Positions 50,865 through 64,000 of a stretch of DNA of 64,000 bases are shown here, piece by piece. Where the stretch lies: NCBI RefSeq assembly GCF_964204645.1, contig NC_134031.1, forward strand, positions 8,680,001-8,744,000, in the 5' to 3' direction. The stretch comes from Tubulanus polymorphus (Eukaryota > Animalia > Nemertea). The notes beneath the pieces were generated by a model. It was not told the DNA's origin and ran no database searches. It saw nothing but the letters and a program-made list of their open reading frames with translations. The position numbers and the translations under genes are program-made. Numbering within the stretch: the first letter of the stretch is position 1; every line of letters starts with the position of its first letter.

Positions 50865-51540
50865 CAAAGTTTTGAAGACGCTTCAAGGTAATGTCTTGAT
50901 ATTTGTTTTATACGTGTATCTACCCTAGACACATCTTCAGGCCAAAAACTGGCCCTGTCAGATTCAAGATGGCCGACTGGCAGCCATTGTTGTTCGCCAA
51001 AATCAGCACTTTTTACACATTTTTGAAGTTTTCGAGGGAAATTTTGAAGACACTTTTATCAATAACCTTGATCATTCGTATATATTATATCCCCCGAGGG
51101 CCCATCGGCATGAGAAAAATTGAGTCGATCGGACTCAAGATGGCCGTACTGTGACCTTTTTTGTTCCCAAAAATGTCAATTTTGGCCTGAATTCTGAGTA
51201 CTGTAGCTTTCTAATGGTGCGCCATGTTTCATTGCAATTTGTAATGGGTATTCTTTGGAAAGGGATCTTTTATATCCGAGAGGGTATTTTTGACCAGGCA
51301 ATTATGACGCACTTGGCAGCCATCTTGGGGTCATCAGTACTCATTCGTAGGTGGAAAAAAAGTTTTTCCACATCATAATTGATACTTAAGCATATTTTGC
51401 TACTATAATCAATTGGAAAGTTGTAGCTCATGACATGTTCTATGATCGAGGTGAGTTTCAAGCTCATTGGTTTTTTTTATGGCCACCAGGGGGCGTTGAA
51501 CAATACAATAACTTAGTATTTCTATATTACATTCGTTCCT
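50865..51540 (+). mobile_element. HINE family A fragment (core plus one monomer)
   Basis: ttttgaagacgcttcaa...caagatggccgactggcagccattgttgttcgcc...ccaccagggggcgttgaa. Confidence 0.75.
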
Positions 51541-52462
51541 GCTGTCTGTGTTAACACACGATTTTACTATGTAAATGATATTGAGCAGGGAGTGTATATT
51601 GATAAATATAACCCACAGATTACATCATTTATAAAAAGCAAATCTGACAGGCTGGCCATTGTGCCCCTTGGGGCTCTTGTAGTAAATTACTTGATGCCTG
51701 CGAAAAAATTTAGAATTTTTGGGATAAGCTAATGTTGAATTGCAAATTTGAAATCGAAGTTTTAAGAAATATGGGGAATTATGAGATTTGGCGATTGGGT
51801 AAGGTGATACGCGGTCTTCTTCGATTGTAGTAGTGGTTTAATTTCTGTATTGAAAATTGTCAATAATTGATTTTGTAACTTCATTCTTATGCCTCTAAGC
51901 TGGTAAGCAACTTCATTGCCTCCATGGTCGAGGAAAGAGCTCGTCTGATGTCTGCTTCATCATGACTTTGGAGCATTTCGTGTGGCCTAGCCAGCCGACG
52001 CGGCCGGTCCCCGGCCAAGGAAAAAAGGATCAATAAAGAATTGAATTGTCACCTAATACACATGCCATCAGAGGAGGCGGAGCCGTATATGACAGCTATG
52101 CTATTGTAAATTGCGTGAAACCTGCATACCCCTTAATATCGAACATTTGAATATTGAAATTATATGTTTGCACATTTTTATATTGACCGCTTGTAGCCGC
52201 CGATGAAATTAACGCCGGCCCTTCACAGATCGTAGATAGCTTCGTCATTCCACCAGCATCCCCATGTCAGGGTCTTACTTTTATATCAGATTTCCAAATC
52301 CCGTATATATCCACCATTTTGACCGAATAATCCGCTTTACTTATCATTTTGATGTATGCCTGCCGCTTCTGATATAATCGTACATCCATTACTATTACAA
52401 TATGTCTGCTGATGATATTCAATGCAATATAACATTTCGACATTCAAATGGAGCTCATTATA

Positions 52463-54402
52463 CAGGGTGTCTCAAGAAAATGTGTTACCGTAGCTTAAAG
52501 ATTAATTATTCATTAATTTAGCAAGGAGTATTTTTATCTGGAACTGCGGATTGTGTTTTTATGTTTAAATATTGTAATCAATATTTTGCCAGGTCATTTG
52601 TAGCTAAGAAAACATATTTGTAGATTTTTCCTATGTCCATTAATGGATCTAACCCTTAGTCTTTGTCACTTTTACCCGGATACCGTTTTGGCAGCTCAAG
52701 TAGGCTGTCTTGTTTATTGAGTATTTTGTCTACCTAGCGAACTGGCACTATTTTTGAATAAGTGATGTAATAGCAATATAAACAACTCTCAACTCACCTG
52801 CCCTCGCAACTAGTTTAGCTCTCATCAGGTAATTAGTGTCTTAATATGTCATTAAGATTTGGATGAACCAATCGCTAGAAGTTTTGGTCACTAATTTCTT
52901 GATGGGAGTGTCTTAATCAACTTGGTTTTTGGCAGCACAGATTTGATCACTCTGTGCCTGCTATCCAACTGATTAAGACGTAAAATAAACTGGTATTAAC
53001 ACATAAATTCAATCGTTTGAATTTTCAGGTGAGTTACATCCATTTTTCATAGTTAAATCTTATATATGTTTTGGCATAAATGTGTACCTAGGCTTAGCTG
53101 AGAAATCAGACCTTTATGTAACACGTACATTTGGTACTGAGAGTCAATTTTTATAGATTAGGTATTTAATCTAAAATGACGACTAATGATTATTTGTTTG
53201 TAGAAATAGGCCTTTGTATTAAGTATGTAGTTAAAGAAAAGTCATTGTAGGACAATCTCAGTTACGATCTGATGAAGTATGAGTAATCAAGTAGTATAAT
53301 ATTCGATTCTATTCTGTGTATACTGTAACTAATTATCATAAGACTCTGTGCCTGCTATCCAACTGATTAAGACGTAAAATAAACTGGTATTAACACATAA
53401 ATTCAATCGTTTGAATTTTCAGTTTTGTAAAATTGGCAACGCGCAAAAAGTCCGTTGCTAAATTAACTATAATTGAAATCAGATTTTTTGGAGGATAGGT
53501 TGGTAGACCTCGATGTTTGCTCAAGGATGGAATGTTTAAATGCAAAAAATAAGTCATGCATACCATGTTTTTGAATGGTCCTTGAAATGGAGTCGAACCA
53601 ATACAAGACATAAGGATTATTGCATTATACAATGTAATAAAAAATACGTTTATTGATAAATGTTCCGCTATCACTTCACATGGTTTGAGACCAGACAAGT
53701 AAATCAACTGAAGCAGATTTCTACTTGATAAAATTCTTGGTACTCATGACCAATTAAGCTTCTCTGGGACTTGTTCAATATCATCACCATTTTACCAATG
53801 CACACGGTTAAGATCAACGTTGAATAAAGAAGTTTCCAGTTTCTAGGCGACATTTTGTGGCGGTCTCTCGAGGTCCCCATTGTTGCGATGATTTGCGCTC
53901 ATTTTTAAAACATAAGTTTAGATTGAATATCATATAGTTGTGCAGCCCCTTGCTCTACGGAATCAATTTATACACCATTTTAAAGGAAATGAAATGCAGA
54001 TATTTGCTGGCGATTCTTGGAATTTTTGAACGCAACAATTGAGAACAGTGACGATGTGAAACCAAGGACCGCATATCTTAACCGCGCATTTCATGAAAAA
54101 AAAATCACAAGGAGTGAAATTCAATGATTGTGCGATTTTAAATCAATTTTCCTACCGGCAGGTGGTCATTTAACAATAGACGTACACAATGAAACAATCC
54201 ACAAATTTGGTTCGACAGCATTTTAATGGCAATTCATAAACCTGCTAGTGCTCAGCCATGCATGACTTATTTTTGCATTTTAACATTTCATTCTCAAGTT
54301 AACATCCAGGTCTACCAACTTTACCCCCAAGAATTATTAAAATCATAGTTAATGAATTAGTAACCTTAAGGCAAAGGGTAACATATTTTCTGTAACACCC
54401 TG
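52463..54402. mobile_element. Non-autonomous Tc1/mariner-type element
   Basis: TA TSDs; TIRs CAGGGTGT...GAAAAT.TGTTACC. Removing it restores the uninterrupted repeat seen at 31633-31650. Confidence 0.88.
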
Positions 54403-55101
54403 TATAATCACGGAAGATATTCTACATCTTTATCAATAATATTTTGCCAAATAGCTTGTATGTGTACACATAGACCTGTGACGTTTTGCACATCGATTTA
54501 CGGTTGTCGTTTGTAAAATGATGCTGAATGTTTAGGTTTCATAATGGTAACGTTTTATAAGGCGTAAAAAATGAAAATTTTGCATGACGGGTCAATATTT
54601 CCAAAAATGTATGTTTATTTTTTACTTTGGTACATCGCCCATGGTCAAAGTAGTTTACCTTGGAAAAAGATCTTTTTAATTCTTGAGTAAAGTAAGTAAG
54701 TAAAGTTTTTGTAGTCAAAAAAAGGCAAAAAATATACATTTGTTTACGGTCCATGTCCGAAATTTGTTAGGGTTCAGGTAGGAAGGGAAGCTATTTTGAA
54801 AAAATAATTTTCAAAATATGAAAACAATTTAGATTAAAGGCAAAAAATGATACTTTGTTTCTCATTCCCCGGCCGGGTCAGATGAATTAACGGTAAAAAT
54901 CGTAAAAATAAAATGGTGCCGGCCGGGCCTAGACTTAATACCTTCTTCGTTTTATGATGAAAATAAAAACCGGCTCGTCGGGTCAATACGTACAATTAGT
55001 ATATGGTAACGATTTTCAGAATAGTGTACATATCCTGTGCCTTATTTTTTTTTATTTTATAAATATTCAGTGGAAACGGTTTTTTTGTCAATAAAAAAAA
55101 A

Positions 55102-55710
55102 ACTAGGGGTCCAGGGACACCATGCCCACTTGGGAAGTGGTTTCAAATGCTCAACAATCTAACAATTTCCATATTCAATGCCCCCTGGTGACCATATACA
55201 AAAACCAATGACCTTGAAACCCACCACAATCATAGAACATGTCAGCAGCTACGATTTTGTAATCGATTGTGATAACAAAATATACCTAGTTACCAATTTA
55301 ATATGGAAATATTAAGGTTCTTTGCTATTCAACGCCCTCTGGTGACCATATGCAAAACCCAATGACCTTGACACTCGCCACAATCATAGAAAATGTCATG
55401 AACTACAACTTTGCAATTGATCATGGTAACAAAATATGCCTAGGTACCGATCTAATAAGGAAATACTAAATTATTCTACTATTCAACGCCCCCTGGTGAC
55501 CATATCGAATAACAAATGTCCTTTAAACTCACCTCAATCATAGACGATGTCATGAGCTACAACTTTGCAATTGATTGTGGTAACAAAATAGCATAAGTAC
55601 AAATATAATATAGAAATACTGAGTTATTGTATTATTCAACGCCCCCTGGTGGCCATATATAAAAACCAATGGCCTTGAAACTCACCATATCCACGTTATG
55701 GGCTACAACC
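55102..55710 (-). mobile_element. HINE family A 3' end with four ~154-bp monomers
   Basis: actaggggtccagggacaccatgcccacttggg; monomers at 55176, 55330, 55484 and 55637. Confidence 0.82.
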
Positions 55711-56369
55711 TTCCACGTGACCATTTGAGCCGTTGCAGTTGCTAGTAATCGCAACCGACATGAGCAGGGAAGCAACTGGGAGGATCTCATATCCCGCTAG
55801 TCGGCCTCAGTTGCTGCGAATCGGAGCGCAGTCGACATAAGCTGGGCTGCGATCGCGGTTGCTCTCAGTTGCGTCGGTAGGAGTCGGTAGGCGTCGCGTT
55901 GCTTGTCGACATAAGCCAGCATGTTAGCAGGTGCGTGTTTCTGACGTCATCTCTGACAAACACTCACGGCTTCCAATCATTTCACTAGACATTACATGCG
56001 ATATTTCATCGTTTTGGAGTGATTTGAATTAATAAACTCTTACCATTGTATAGTGTTGCTACCGTTGTATATGACATGATAATCGTATATAAGTGAGTAG
56101 CGCTGTAGGTCAGTGAATACGGTGAACAAATGTTGTTTATTTTATCGATATTTATAGGCTATGCGTACTAGCGCGCACACGTGCTTGTGTTGATTATCAT
56201 AGTACGATTACGATTACGATTTTATTTACACTCCAACCATTTCAATGGTATATGGAGGAAAACTATTACACATGTATATACAAATATTTACAAAACAACA
56301 CTGACGTGATTAAAATTTAGAGAATGAAAACGTAACAAAATATATATACATCAACTATTTACAATACTA

Positions 56370-56930
56370 TATATACTATTGGAGGGATCTATATACATCT
56401 AAGCTGGTCTTAATGAATTTAGCTAATTTGACCGTTGGGTTTTTCAGAATATCAAGGGTATTAAAGGTATTCAAATTCAAATAGTTTTTGCGGGGTTCGT
56501 TAAGTAAGGTACAGTCAAACAGAAAATGGGATTCGTCAAAGTATTTCAAGTGGGGCATATTCTATCGGCTCTGTCTAAATGAAGGTTTGAAAATTTGTTC
56601 ACAGGTAAAATATAGGACCCGATCCTCAATTCAAATAAACTAGTTCCTAAGTCATCACCAAGTTCTATTATATACTTCTCTAACCTAATATCATTTTTAT
56701 ATTGCCTAAAGTTAGTGTATATCGGATTAGTATTTATGGCAGATACAGTTTCTAAAGGTGCTGGTCACGGAGTATCTGTTTTATTCGTTTTGAAAAAGAT
56801 TTACTGTTAGTCATGAATTGCTGCGTCCAAATGCAGGACAAACCACAGTCATCAAAGGTTTTCTTTATATATGATAACCAAGGGCTCTTAAATTTATCCC
56901 TTAAAAATAAATTGAAAGATGTTTAACATC
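56370..56930 (-). pseudogene. LINE ORF2 3' remnant
   Basis: Minus strand: PWLSYIRKTFDDCGLSCIW ... DESHFLFDCTLLNEPRKNYL. Confidence 0.65.
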
Positions 56931-57719
56931 ATAAATAGCGCCACCCGCGGGTTGAACATGAACTATACGCACGGAGTGAAGGATAAAATAGATGACTATT
57001 CCGCTAACTATTACGGCTAATTCGTGCTCCTTTTTTCAATAAGTCACATCTCAGATCGTTATGTATACTAAAGTTTCTTCTGGTTAAGAAATCGCGGAAA
57101 GTACAATTTTGATGGCATTTGCCCTTTAAGGTATCGATTTCGTGCTGATACGAAAATGGTTTAGATAAATTCCGGGGCAACTAATAGTTTGGACGCTCCG
57201 CATGACGCCTTGCTGCATGTTTAAACAGTCGCATGCTGTGAGCTGGCGACAGACGCGGGTGACCTAAATTCGCCTCTTGGCCGGGGAATGGGGGTAATGT
57301 AATACCAGCGTTGTTTTTGCAGACAGGCCTGCTTTAACTGCTTTAGATACAACAGCTATTTTGTAACTTCATGCAGTTTCAAACAATACGCGTCCCAATA
57401 AACCCTGAATTCATATTCCACGCATCTGCTGCAATAAAAGTCGACTGAGGACATTCAAAAACATTATTTTGCTGGCATAATATCTAAGGGTCATTCATTA
57501 ATTACGTACGCAAAAATTTGCCGTTTTTTATGAGGTCCTACCTTGTGTATATACCTGCCTCAAATTATCACAATGCTCCTATCCAGGTTACGCGTTTAAT
57601 TGAAAACAATAGAAATATGCTATCGCTTTTGTATGTCTATGACCGACCTTGCACTGCGTGTGACCTACGAGCAATTATCTAAAGTTTATATAATTGCTCG
57701 TAGGTGTGACATTATTCCT

Positions 57720-58220
57720 CTCGTTCCAGTCAGTGTTAATGAATGCACAAGCAATAAACCTCAATTGGTTCAAAATAATGCTGGTAGGCTTGTAACAAAA
57801 ACCAGTCGAATAGCTAACCCCTGTTTTAAAAGAGTTACACTGGTTTCCTGTCTCAGACCGTTCGGACTTCAAGCTGTTACTCACTACTTTTATACATGTA
57901 TGTCTTAAAGGTCTTGGACCATCTCATCTCAATGAGCTGTTAGTAGGGTATGTGCCTGCTCATCAACTCCGCTCCACAAACAATGGTTTGTTTTCCAAAA
58001 GTTTTTGAACAATAAGTTTAGTTTCAGGATATCTTTTTACGGAATCTTTTACCGAGACATGTCAGGGATAGTCCTACAGTTCCTACTTTTAAAAAGGTTA
58101 AAAACTTTCAAGTTTCCTTTTGTTCATGATTCTTAGAATACTACAGTGTTTTATGTTGGGGTTGGAATAAGTGTTTTATGGAAAGCGCAATGAGTCTTTT
58201 TTTTAGAAAATAGCGCTATA
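57720..58220 (+). pseudogene. L2-like LINE 3' remnant
   Basis: QLVQNNAGRLVTKT, LHWFPVSDRSDFKL; ends in the gcgctatataaa motif typical of L2 tails. Confidence 0.6.
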
Positions 58221-58809
58221 TAAAAGCATATTTTATTATTGCTATTCTTAAAGGCTTAAAAAATATGTAACTTTATGAAATGAAAATATTGAATGGAACA
58301 CCGTTTAAATTCATGAAATAAGTGTCAGCCTCATTTTAACTTCCGCTTGATTCCTGACTCCCAGTTTCATTTACGTGAAAATACCTTCAATACCTCATTT
58401 TACATTATTATGTATCTATATCATATTCAATGCAATGAATGAAAAAAAATAGATAATAGATATGAGCTCATATTAAGTTTTTATTTACACGATCAGGTTT
58501 TATTTTTTAGATTGAATTCGCGGATTCATGCGAAATCGTACAAAGCAGCTTCATTACCAAGAAATTACATGCATTTTTCCAATCCAACAACAGGACAATA
58601 TATTTTGTCGAAAAGTTTCACATTAAAGTTTTGACGAGTCAATAATGATCACGTCGTACAATATGAAAAGGCTGTAGGCCTACCCATGTGACTACCCATG
58701 TGACGTTTTAACGATGTACTATGGGAACAACCGATTCAATCAGAAGTAACGAGCTAACGGTATATCACTCGGTATCTTAGATTTGCTAACATTGAAAATA
58801 TAAAACATA

Positions 58810-59518
58810 CAGTCAAACCCGCTTTATTCGGATCACTCGGGACCGCTAAAATTCGTCCGAGTTATGTGAAATCCGAATTAAATAGATAGCCTTTTGTGTA
58901 GCAATTTACCATGCCTCTACCATTGAAAATGACAACAATGAGTGTTGCACTTTACATCGAAACAAAATATCAATTTTATTGTATGTATTATTACATTGTA
59001 TCATGAATAAACCATACGCCATCGCAATATAAACAGTCTCAGTCTTTTTTCACAAAGAAGGCAGAAATCAATGTCTGCTTAGCGCGTTTCGGGACGTCCC
59101 GTTGAAGAAAGTTCTCACATTTCCGAGAGAAAACCAATACTCCATCAACGAATTTCTCGCCGGTAGACTTGGCCAGTGCAAATCTGTTTGGAACATCCAA
59201 AGCCCCATGAACGTCGGTGACTGTCGGGTTGGGCTTACGGCCTACTATCGCAACAATCAATACCGTTAGCCTATTTTAATAGACTGTTGCCTGATCATAT
59301 ACTGTATATTGCAACGCAGCGACGCGTAATGCAGCACATCACTATGACTATTGAGCGTGGATTGCATCATGTCACGTCGCACGTCGCTGTGCTCTGTCCG
59401 ATATCAAAATTTATCATCCGAATAAAGTGGTAAGATTTCAAAGGATATGGACAAATGGGTCTTGAAAATTCATCCGGAATAGCCGAAAATCCGAATAATA
59501 CGAACCGAATTAAGTGAC
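58810..59518 (-). mobile_element. pogo/Tigger-like deletion derivative
   Basis: TA|CAGTCAAACCCGCTTTATTCGG end, repeated TCCGAAT subterminal motifs, minus-strand C-terminal KQTLISAFF motif. The right TIR is lost at the (TA)n tract. Confidence 0.7.
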
Positions 59519-59642
<124 letters not shown>

Positions 59643-59705
59643 CAAAGATCGTTACAAACATGATCCATCTTTTGCTTGGTTATCTGGAAAGAAATCGATA
59701 ATAAG

Positions 59706-60616
59706 ACTAGGGGTCCACCATGCTCACTTGGGAAGTGGTTTGAAATATTCAACAAACGGAAAACGCCCCTGGTATACATATTAAGGTAGCAATGACTTCA
59801 AAAATCTCACCACAATTGATTGTGGTTACAAAATATGCCGAGAGACCACTACAATATGAAAATACTAAGTTATTCGGCAAATCAACGCCCCCTGGTGACC
59901 ATATACAACAACTGGTGCTGGAATGTTTATAATCATAGAACATGTTATGAGCTACAATTTTGCAATTGTTTATGGTTACAAAATATCCATAGGTACAAAT
60001 ATGAATAGGCAAATTCAATAAAATCAAATATTTAACTCCCAATGGTGTGGAGAACAAAAACCTGGGTAACCCTGTCGATATTTTCCGTTATCCGTTCCGT
60101 TTTCTGTTATGTTAAATAGCCCTTCCAAAGTACCCTATAACCATCACGATTTTCAATCAAAAATGGCGAACCATTCTGGAGCGACAGGTCTCGGAATTGA
60201 GGGCAAAAATGACTTTTTGGGCACCATGACGGCCATCTTGCGTCCGATCGACCCTGTTTTTGTTTTTGTTATGCTCGTTTAGCATGGGGAGATACAAACA
60301 TGTCCGAGGGATCGAGATAATTGATTAATCAAAGCGTTCTCAAAATTTTCCTTGAAAACTTCAAAAATGTATAAAAAAGTGCTGATTTTGGCGATTAACA
60401 ATGGCTGCCAGACGGCCATCTTGATTCCGATGGGGCCAGCTTTCGGGCAGAAGATTTATTTAGGATGTATAAACCAAACATCAATACAATCCATTGAAGC
60501 ATCTTCAAAACTTCCCAAAATAACTGAATTCCGTCTACGGACGAACAGTCGGACGCACTACGGACGAAAAGTGAACGCAGTGGCCCGCTGGGACTAATGT
60601 CCCAAGTCGGCTAAAA
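59706..60616 (-). mobile_element. Diverged full-length HINE family A copy
   Basis: ctaggggtcc end, degenerate monomers, core, and gggactaatgtcccaagtcggctaaaa hairpin end. Confidence 0.72.
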
Positions 60617-60812
60617 ACGATTCGCCACTAGTATTAAAAGATAGGTGGTGGTGGATCTTGAATCTTGATTGCGGTGCGATTCGATTGTCGGCCTATTGTC
60701 TTATTTGTTTTATACATGTCGACAGGACGCTTTTGTACTTTTTTCATATTCACCTTTTTACAGTCAGGGTCTGTACATTTTACATATTCACTTTTTTTAC
60801 ATCTCAAATAAC

Positions 60813-61065
60813 CTATGTTATGTCCAAAGAGCTGATGCTCCCTGGTGATGAATATATATTCTCTGATCTGAAGCTCCTTGGTGACTGGGAATAAAGATTC
60901 TGATGAAGCCTTTTACTTCCACAAGCACCAGTCTCCCTGGAACAGAGACCCGACAAACGGGAGCTACCAACTTCTTCCGTGGGCGCCGTCACAGACACTC
61001 CTCGATTGTGGCCATACGTTGGATTAGAAAGTCTTGGATTGCACGTGGTACCCGATGACGTTAGA
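60813..61065 (-). CDS. Terminal exon (cytoplasmic tail) of the CUB-domain membrane protein
   Basis: Acceptor ttcatatag|T, phase 2, matching the upstream donor. Reads LTSSGTTCNPRLSNPTY...QNLY...ENIY...SLDIT*. Confidence 0.75.
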
Positions 61066-61573
61066 CTATATGAATTAATGATATATAGAATGTATAGTGT
61101 ATTTAATTGACTAACTTGACTAGGAATATATTTCAAGATACGCTCCCGTCGAGAAACAATCTTACCTCGAAAAAGATTGAACTACCTCGGGTGGATGAGT
61201 CCGCTTAGAACAGCCTCTGCTGAAATAAGATAATGCGCTCATTAAGTTAACCGGAGACAGCCCATGGAATAATTTCGGGTACGGAGTATATAATACTGTT
61301 GTCGAAGCAGAGCTAATTATTGATTTTTAAGTGTGTTACAACATGTATTATTATTTTTATTATTATTATTCTTTATTTACGAATTAAATTACATTAGAAA
61401 ATTACAGATAATAATATGGTAATGTAATATAAGTCGATGGTTACCAGGAGAAGTTAAAAACTTGTAACCATAAAGCATGGCCCTGGCACCCATGGAAATC
61501 ACACACGCACACACATCTTATCGAAAAAGGGTAAAAAATATTTCAATTGCTGAATCGAGTTTCTGACGCCTCA

Positions 61574-61991
61574 AGGCCCGGACGCACTGGGCGATTTGGT
61601 CGCCCGATTTCGTTGCCCGACGAAATCGCCGGTAAAATCGCCCAGTGTGTCCGGGCAATCGCGGCGATTTAGTCGGCCGACGAAATCGCCCGAATCCAAC
61701 ATGTTGGATTCTGTCGCCGGCGATTGCGTCGCCGGCGAGGCGACAGAATCGCCCAGTGTGTCCGGGTACGGCGATCAGTCGCCTCGAGCGCCGTATTAAC
61801 CAGCCAATCACGGCTCTTTGATTTATTAAAGGTGGCGCTAGCAGCTGGTCGTTTCAAAATAAGCGGCGCTGTTCGCCGATTTCGTCGCCGACGAAATCGC
61901 CCAGTGTGTCCGGGTCTGTCGGCGATCATATCGGTCATAAAATCGGCGGCGATTTCGTCGGCCGACGAAATCGCCCAGTGTGTCCGCGGCT
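61574..61991. mobile_element. Harbinger-type MITE in an intron
   Basis: TIRs AG.C.CGGAC.CACTGGGCGATTT; flanks TCA/TTA; internal repeats of aaatcgcccagtgtgtccg. Confidence 0.8.
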
Positions 61992-62977
61992 TTATTTCTC
62001 ATCAAACTAAATGCCCAGGGACACCATACTCACTCGATGAAATTCTTGACAATTCAATATTCAATGGCTGCCGAACATAAACAGAAATCAATTACCTTTT
62101 AACTCAGATTAATCATAGAGCATGTTATAAGCTACGATTCTGCTATTGCTTGTGGTCACAAAACATATGCCTAGGGCTATGGAGATACAATTTTATTATG
62201 ATATTCAACGCCCCCTGGCAAACATATTCAGAAACTAAATTTTACACATCAGACGCATGAGGACTGATGTGACAAGGATGGCCGCCAATTGCGTAGAAAT
62301 TGACTGATCGACTGAAATACCTGTCAATGTTTAAGTGATTCATTCCCGAAGTGTACCGATCACGACTCATCGAAAAATTGAAAACCATAAGAATGCTACG
62401 GGTCTCAGAATCCAGAATAAAGATTACCTTTTTGAGCACAATAATCGGACGATTGTAATCTTGTGTCCGATTGACCCAGTCTTTTCTTGATTGGTCCCAG
62501 AGGGATACAAAAGCATATGAAACATCGAGGAAATTTGCCAAAGGATCCTCAGTATGTCCCATGAAAACTTCACAAATGTTCAACTAGGGGTCCAGAAGTA
62601 GTAGTATAGTAGTAGTATAGTAACGTAAACATGCTCCTGGGAAGCCCATATTCCCTCAGAAATTCTCCCAGACCCTGATGTAAAATTTCCCTAAGTGAAT
62701 ACGACTGGATTCAATGGATCGGGCACTCGCATTCGAAAAGAACTAGAGGTCAGAAAAAGGTACACATGTTCTCGTGAAAACCTCTCAACCCGTACAGGGG
62801 TCAGTCAGAAAATTACCACCACTGATTACCTAGTTTCTTTTTACCCAAAAGGCTAACTTACGTCGACAAGTGACTTGACGCCTACAAACGTATATAATCG
62901 ACCCAATATTTTTTTGATAATGGGCCCTATACTAGGAGGCGTAAAACCTAAACAAGATCCTTAGATAAGCTACATAC

Positions 62978-63128
62978 CTGACATTTCTTCGTATGCATAA
63001 TATGAAGGTGATAATCATGAAGAAGAATAAAAACACTCCTAAGACGATGGCCACTGTCGTTACACTTTTCACGTGTTGGGCAATAACATCGGCATGGTTA
63101 GCACCTGTGCGGCCTGATTCACCATCAT
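62978..63128 (-). CDS. Transmembrane exon of the CUB-domain protein
   Basis: Phase-1 acceptor tacgtag|AT, phase-2 donor AG|GTATGT; VAIVLGVFLFFFMIITFILC followed by RR stop-transfer. Confidence 0.82.
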
Positions 63129-63169
63129 CTACGTACGTATTGAGAAACATAGTATAAGATTTTTTCTGG

Positions 63170-63645
63170 TTGGGGTACGTTGATCGGGTTTACAAAATAT
63201 GCATAGGTACCAATATACATGTACATGGAAATAGCACTTTAGCCCGCCATTATACGCCCCTTGGTTGAGCATATACAGAAACCATGACCTTGAAACTCGT
63301 TACAATCATGGAATATGTCTACAACTTCACGGCCATTGATTGTGGCTATTGATTGTGGTTGGCAGGACGGCCATCGTCTGACGGCCATTTTTTCTTGTGA
63401 CGGGCCCTCAGGGTGCACATACACCTATGAAACACCAAGCAGAATTGTTCGAAGCGTCTTCAAAATTACCCTTGAAAATTCTAAATTGCACTAAATGATT
63501 TTGGCGAAAAACAATGATCACCAGTCATCGATCATGACTGGTCGGGCCAGTGCTTGGGCTGCAAATGGTAGATACATGCATACACCAAATATCAACACAA
63601 TCCATTGAATCCTCTTAAAAACCTCCCAGAATAACTGGATTCCTT
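63170..63645 (-). mobile_element. Degenerate HINE family A copy in an intron (another at ~62010-62595)
   Basis: gaagcgtcttcaaaatt.ccct.gaaa, atgaccttgaaactc and ataactggattcc motifs. Confidence 0.6.
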
Positions 63646-63692
63646 CTACGAACGGATGGACAAAGGAAAAGACGAATGAACGACTGACTTAC

Positions 63693-64000
63693 CATCATTT
63701 TTTGATATTATCGTTTCTCCGTAGAATTGATATTTAGCATGAAATCCCTGTAGCTCCGTTTTGGTGTTAGATTCGAATGTGATGAGCAAATGTCGACCAG
63801 TAGAAGTCATTGCACGGGGTAGTTTGTCTCCACAGAATCGACCAATCACAAGCGATGGAATTTGCCTTCCGTCATAAACAGTCACGTGATCTAGTTTATC
63901 ACTACACATGATTGGTCCATGTGATTCAAGGTTAAACGAATCGAACGCTAACGTGATCTTCATGCCCTTAGGTGCCTCGATGAGCCACTGACATTTCGTA
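63693..64000 (-). CDS. CUB-domain exon (continues beyond the window edge)
   Basis: KCQWLIEAPKGMKITLAFDSFNLE...C...DHVTVYDG...IGRFCG...STGRHLLITFESN....GFHAKY; phase-1 donor G|GTAAGT. Confidence 0.93.

Overview
AT-rich, repeat-dense eukaryotic DNA from an animal genome, probably a marine invertebrate (inferred from the repeat families and GPCR type). It contains no prokaryotic features such as CRISPR arrays or operons. Three host genes are supported. (1) A spliced LAP1/LULL1-like (TOR1AIP) torsin cofactor on + (exons 21618-21771, 32635-32673, 32926-33896). (2) An intronless class A GPCR (47345-48307, +). (3) The 3' part of a CUB-domain single-pass receptor with an NPxY tail on - (exons 63693-64000, 62978-63128, 60813-61065). 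A possible fourth gene starts divergently near 16.2 kb. The rest is nested mobile DNA: two decayed tyrosine-recombinase retrotransposons (Ngaro-like and DIRS1-like), deleted MULE, piggyBac, hAT, Tc1 and pogo elements, LINE fragments, a tRNA-derived SINE, many MITEs, and Helentron-type (DINE-1/HINE-like) elements carrying a ~154-bp satellite. The most interesting signals are tiny (128-179 bp) Penelope-like retroposons that each carry a minimal hammerhead-ribozyme motif (three copies, two with perfect 12-bp TSDs), a ~9.4-kb foldback with ~1.5-kb diverged arms ending just upstream of the GPCR, 33-47 bp P-element-like scars, and an over-represented TAGGCCTA footprint. All coordinates and alignments were read by eye. 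No database searches were run.
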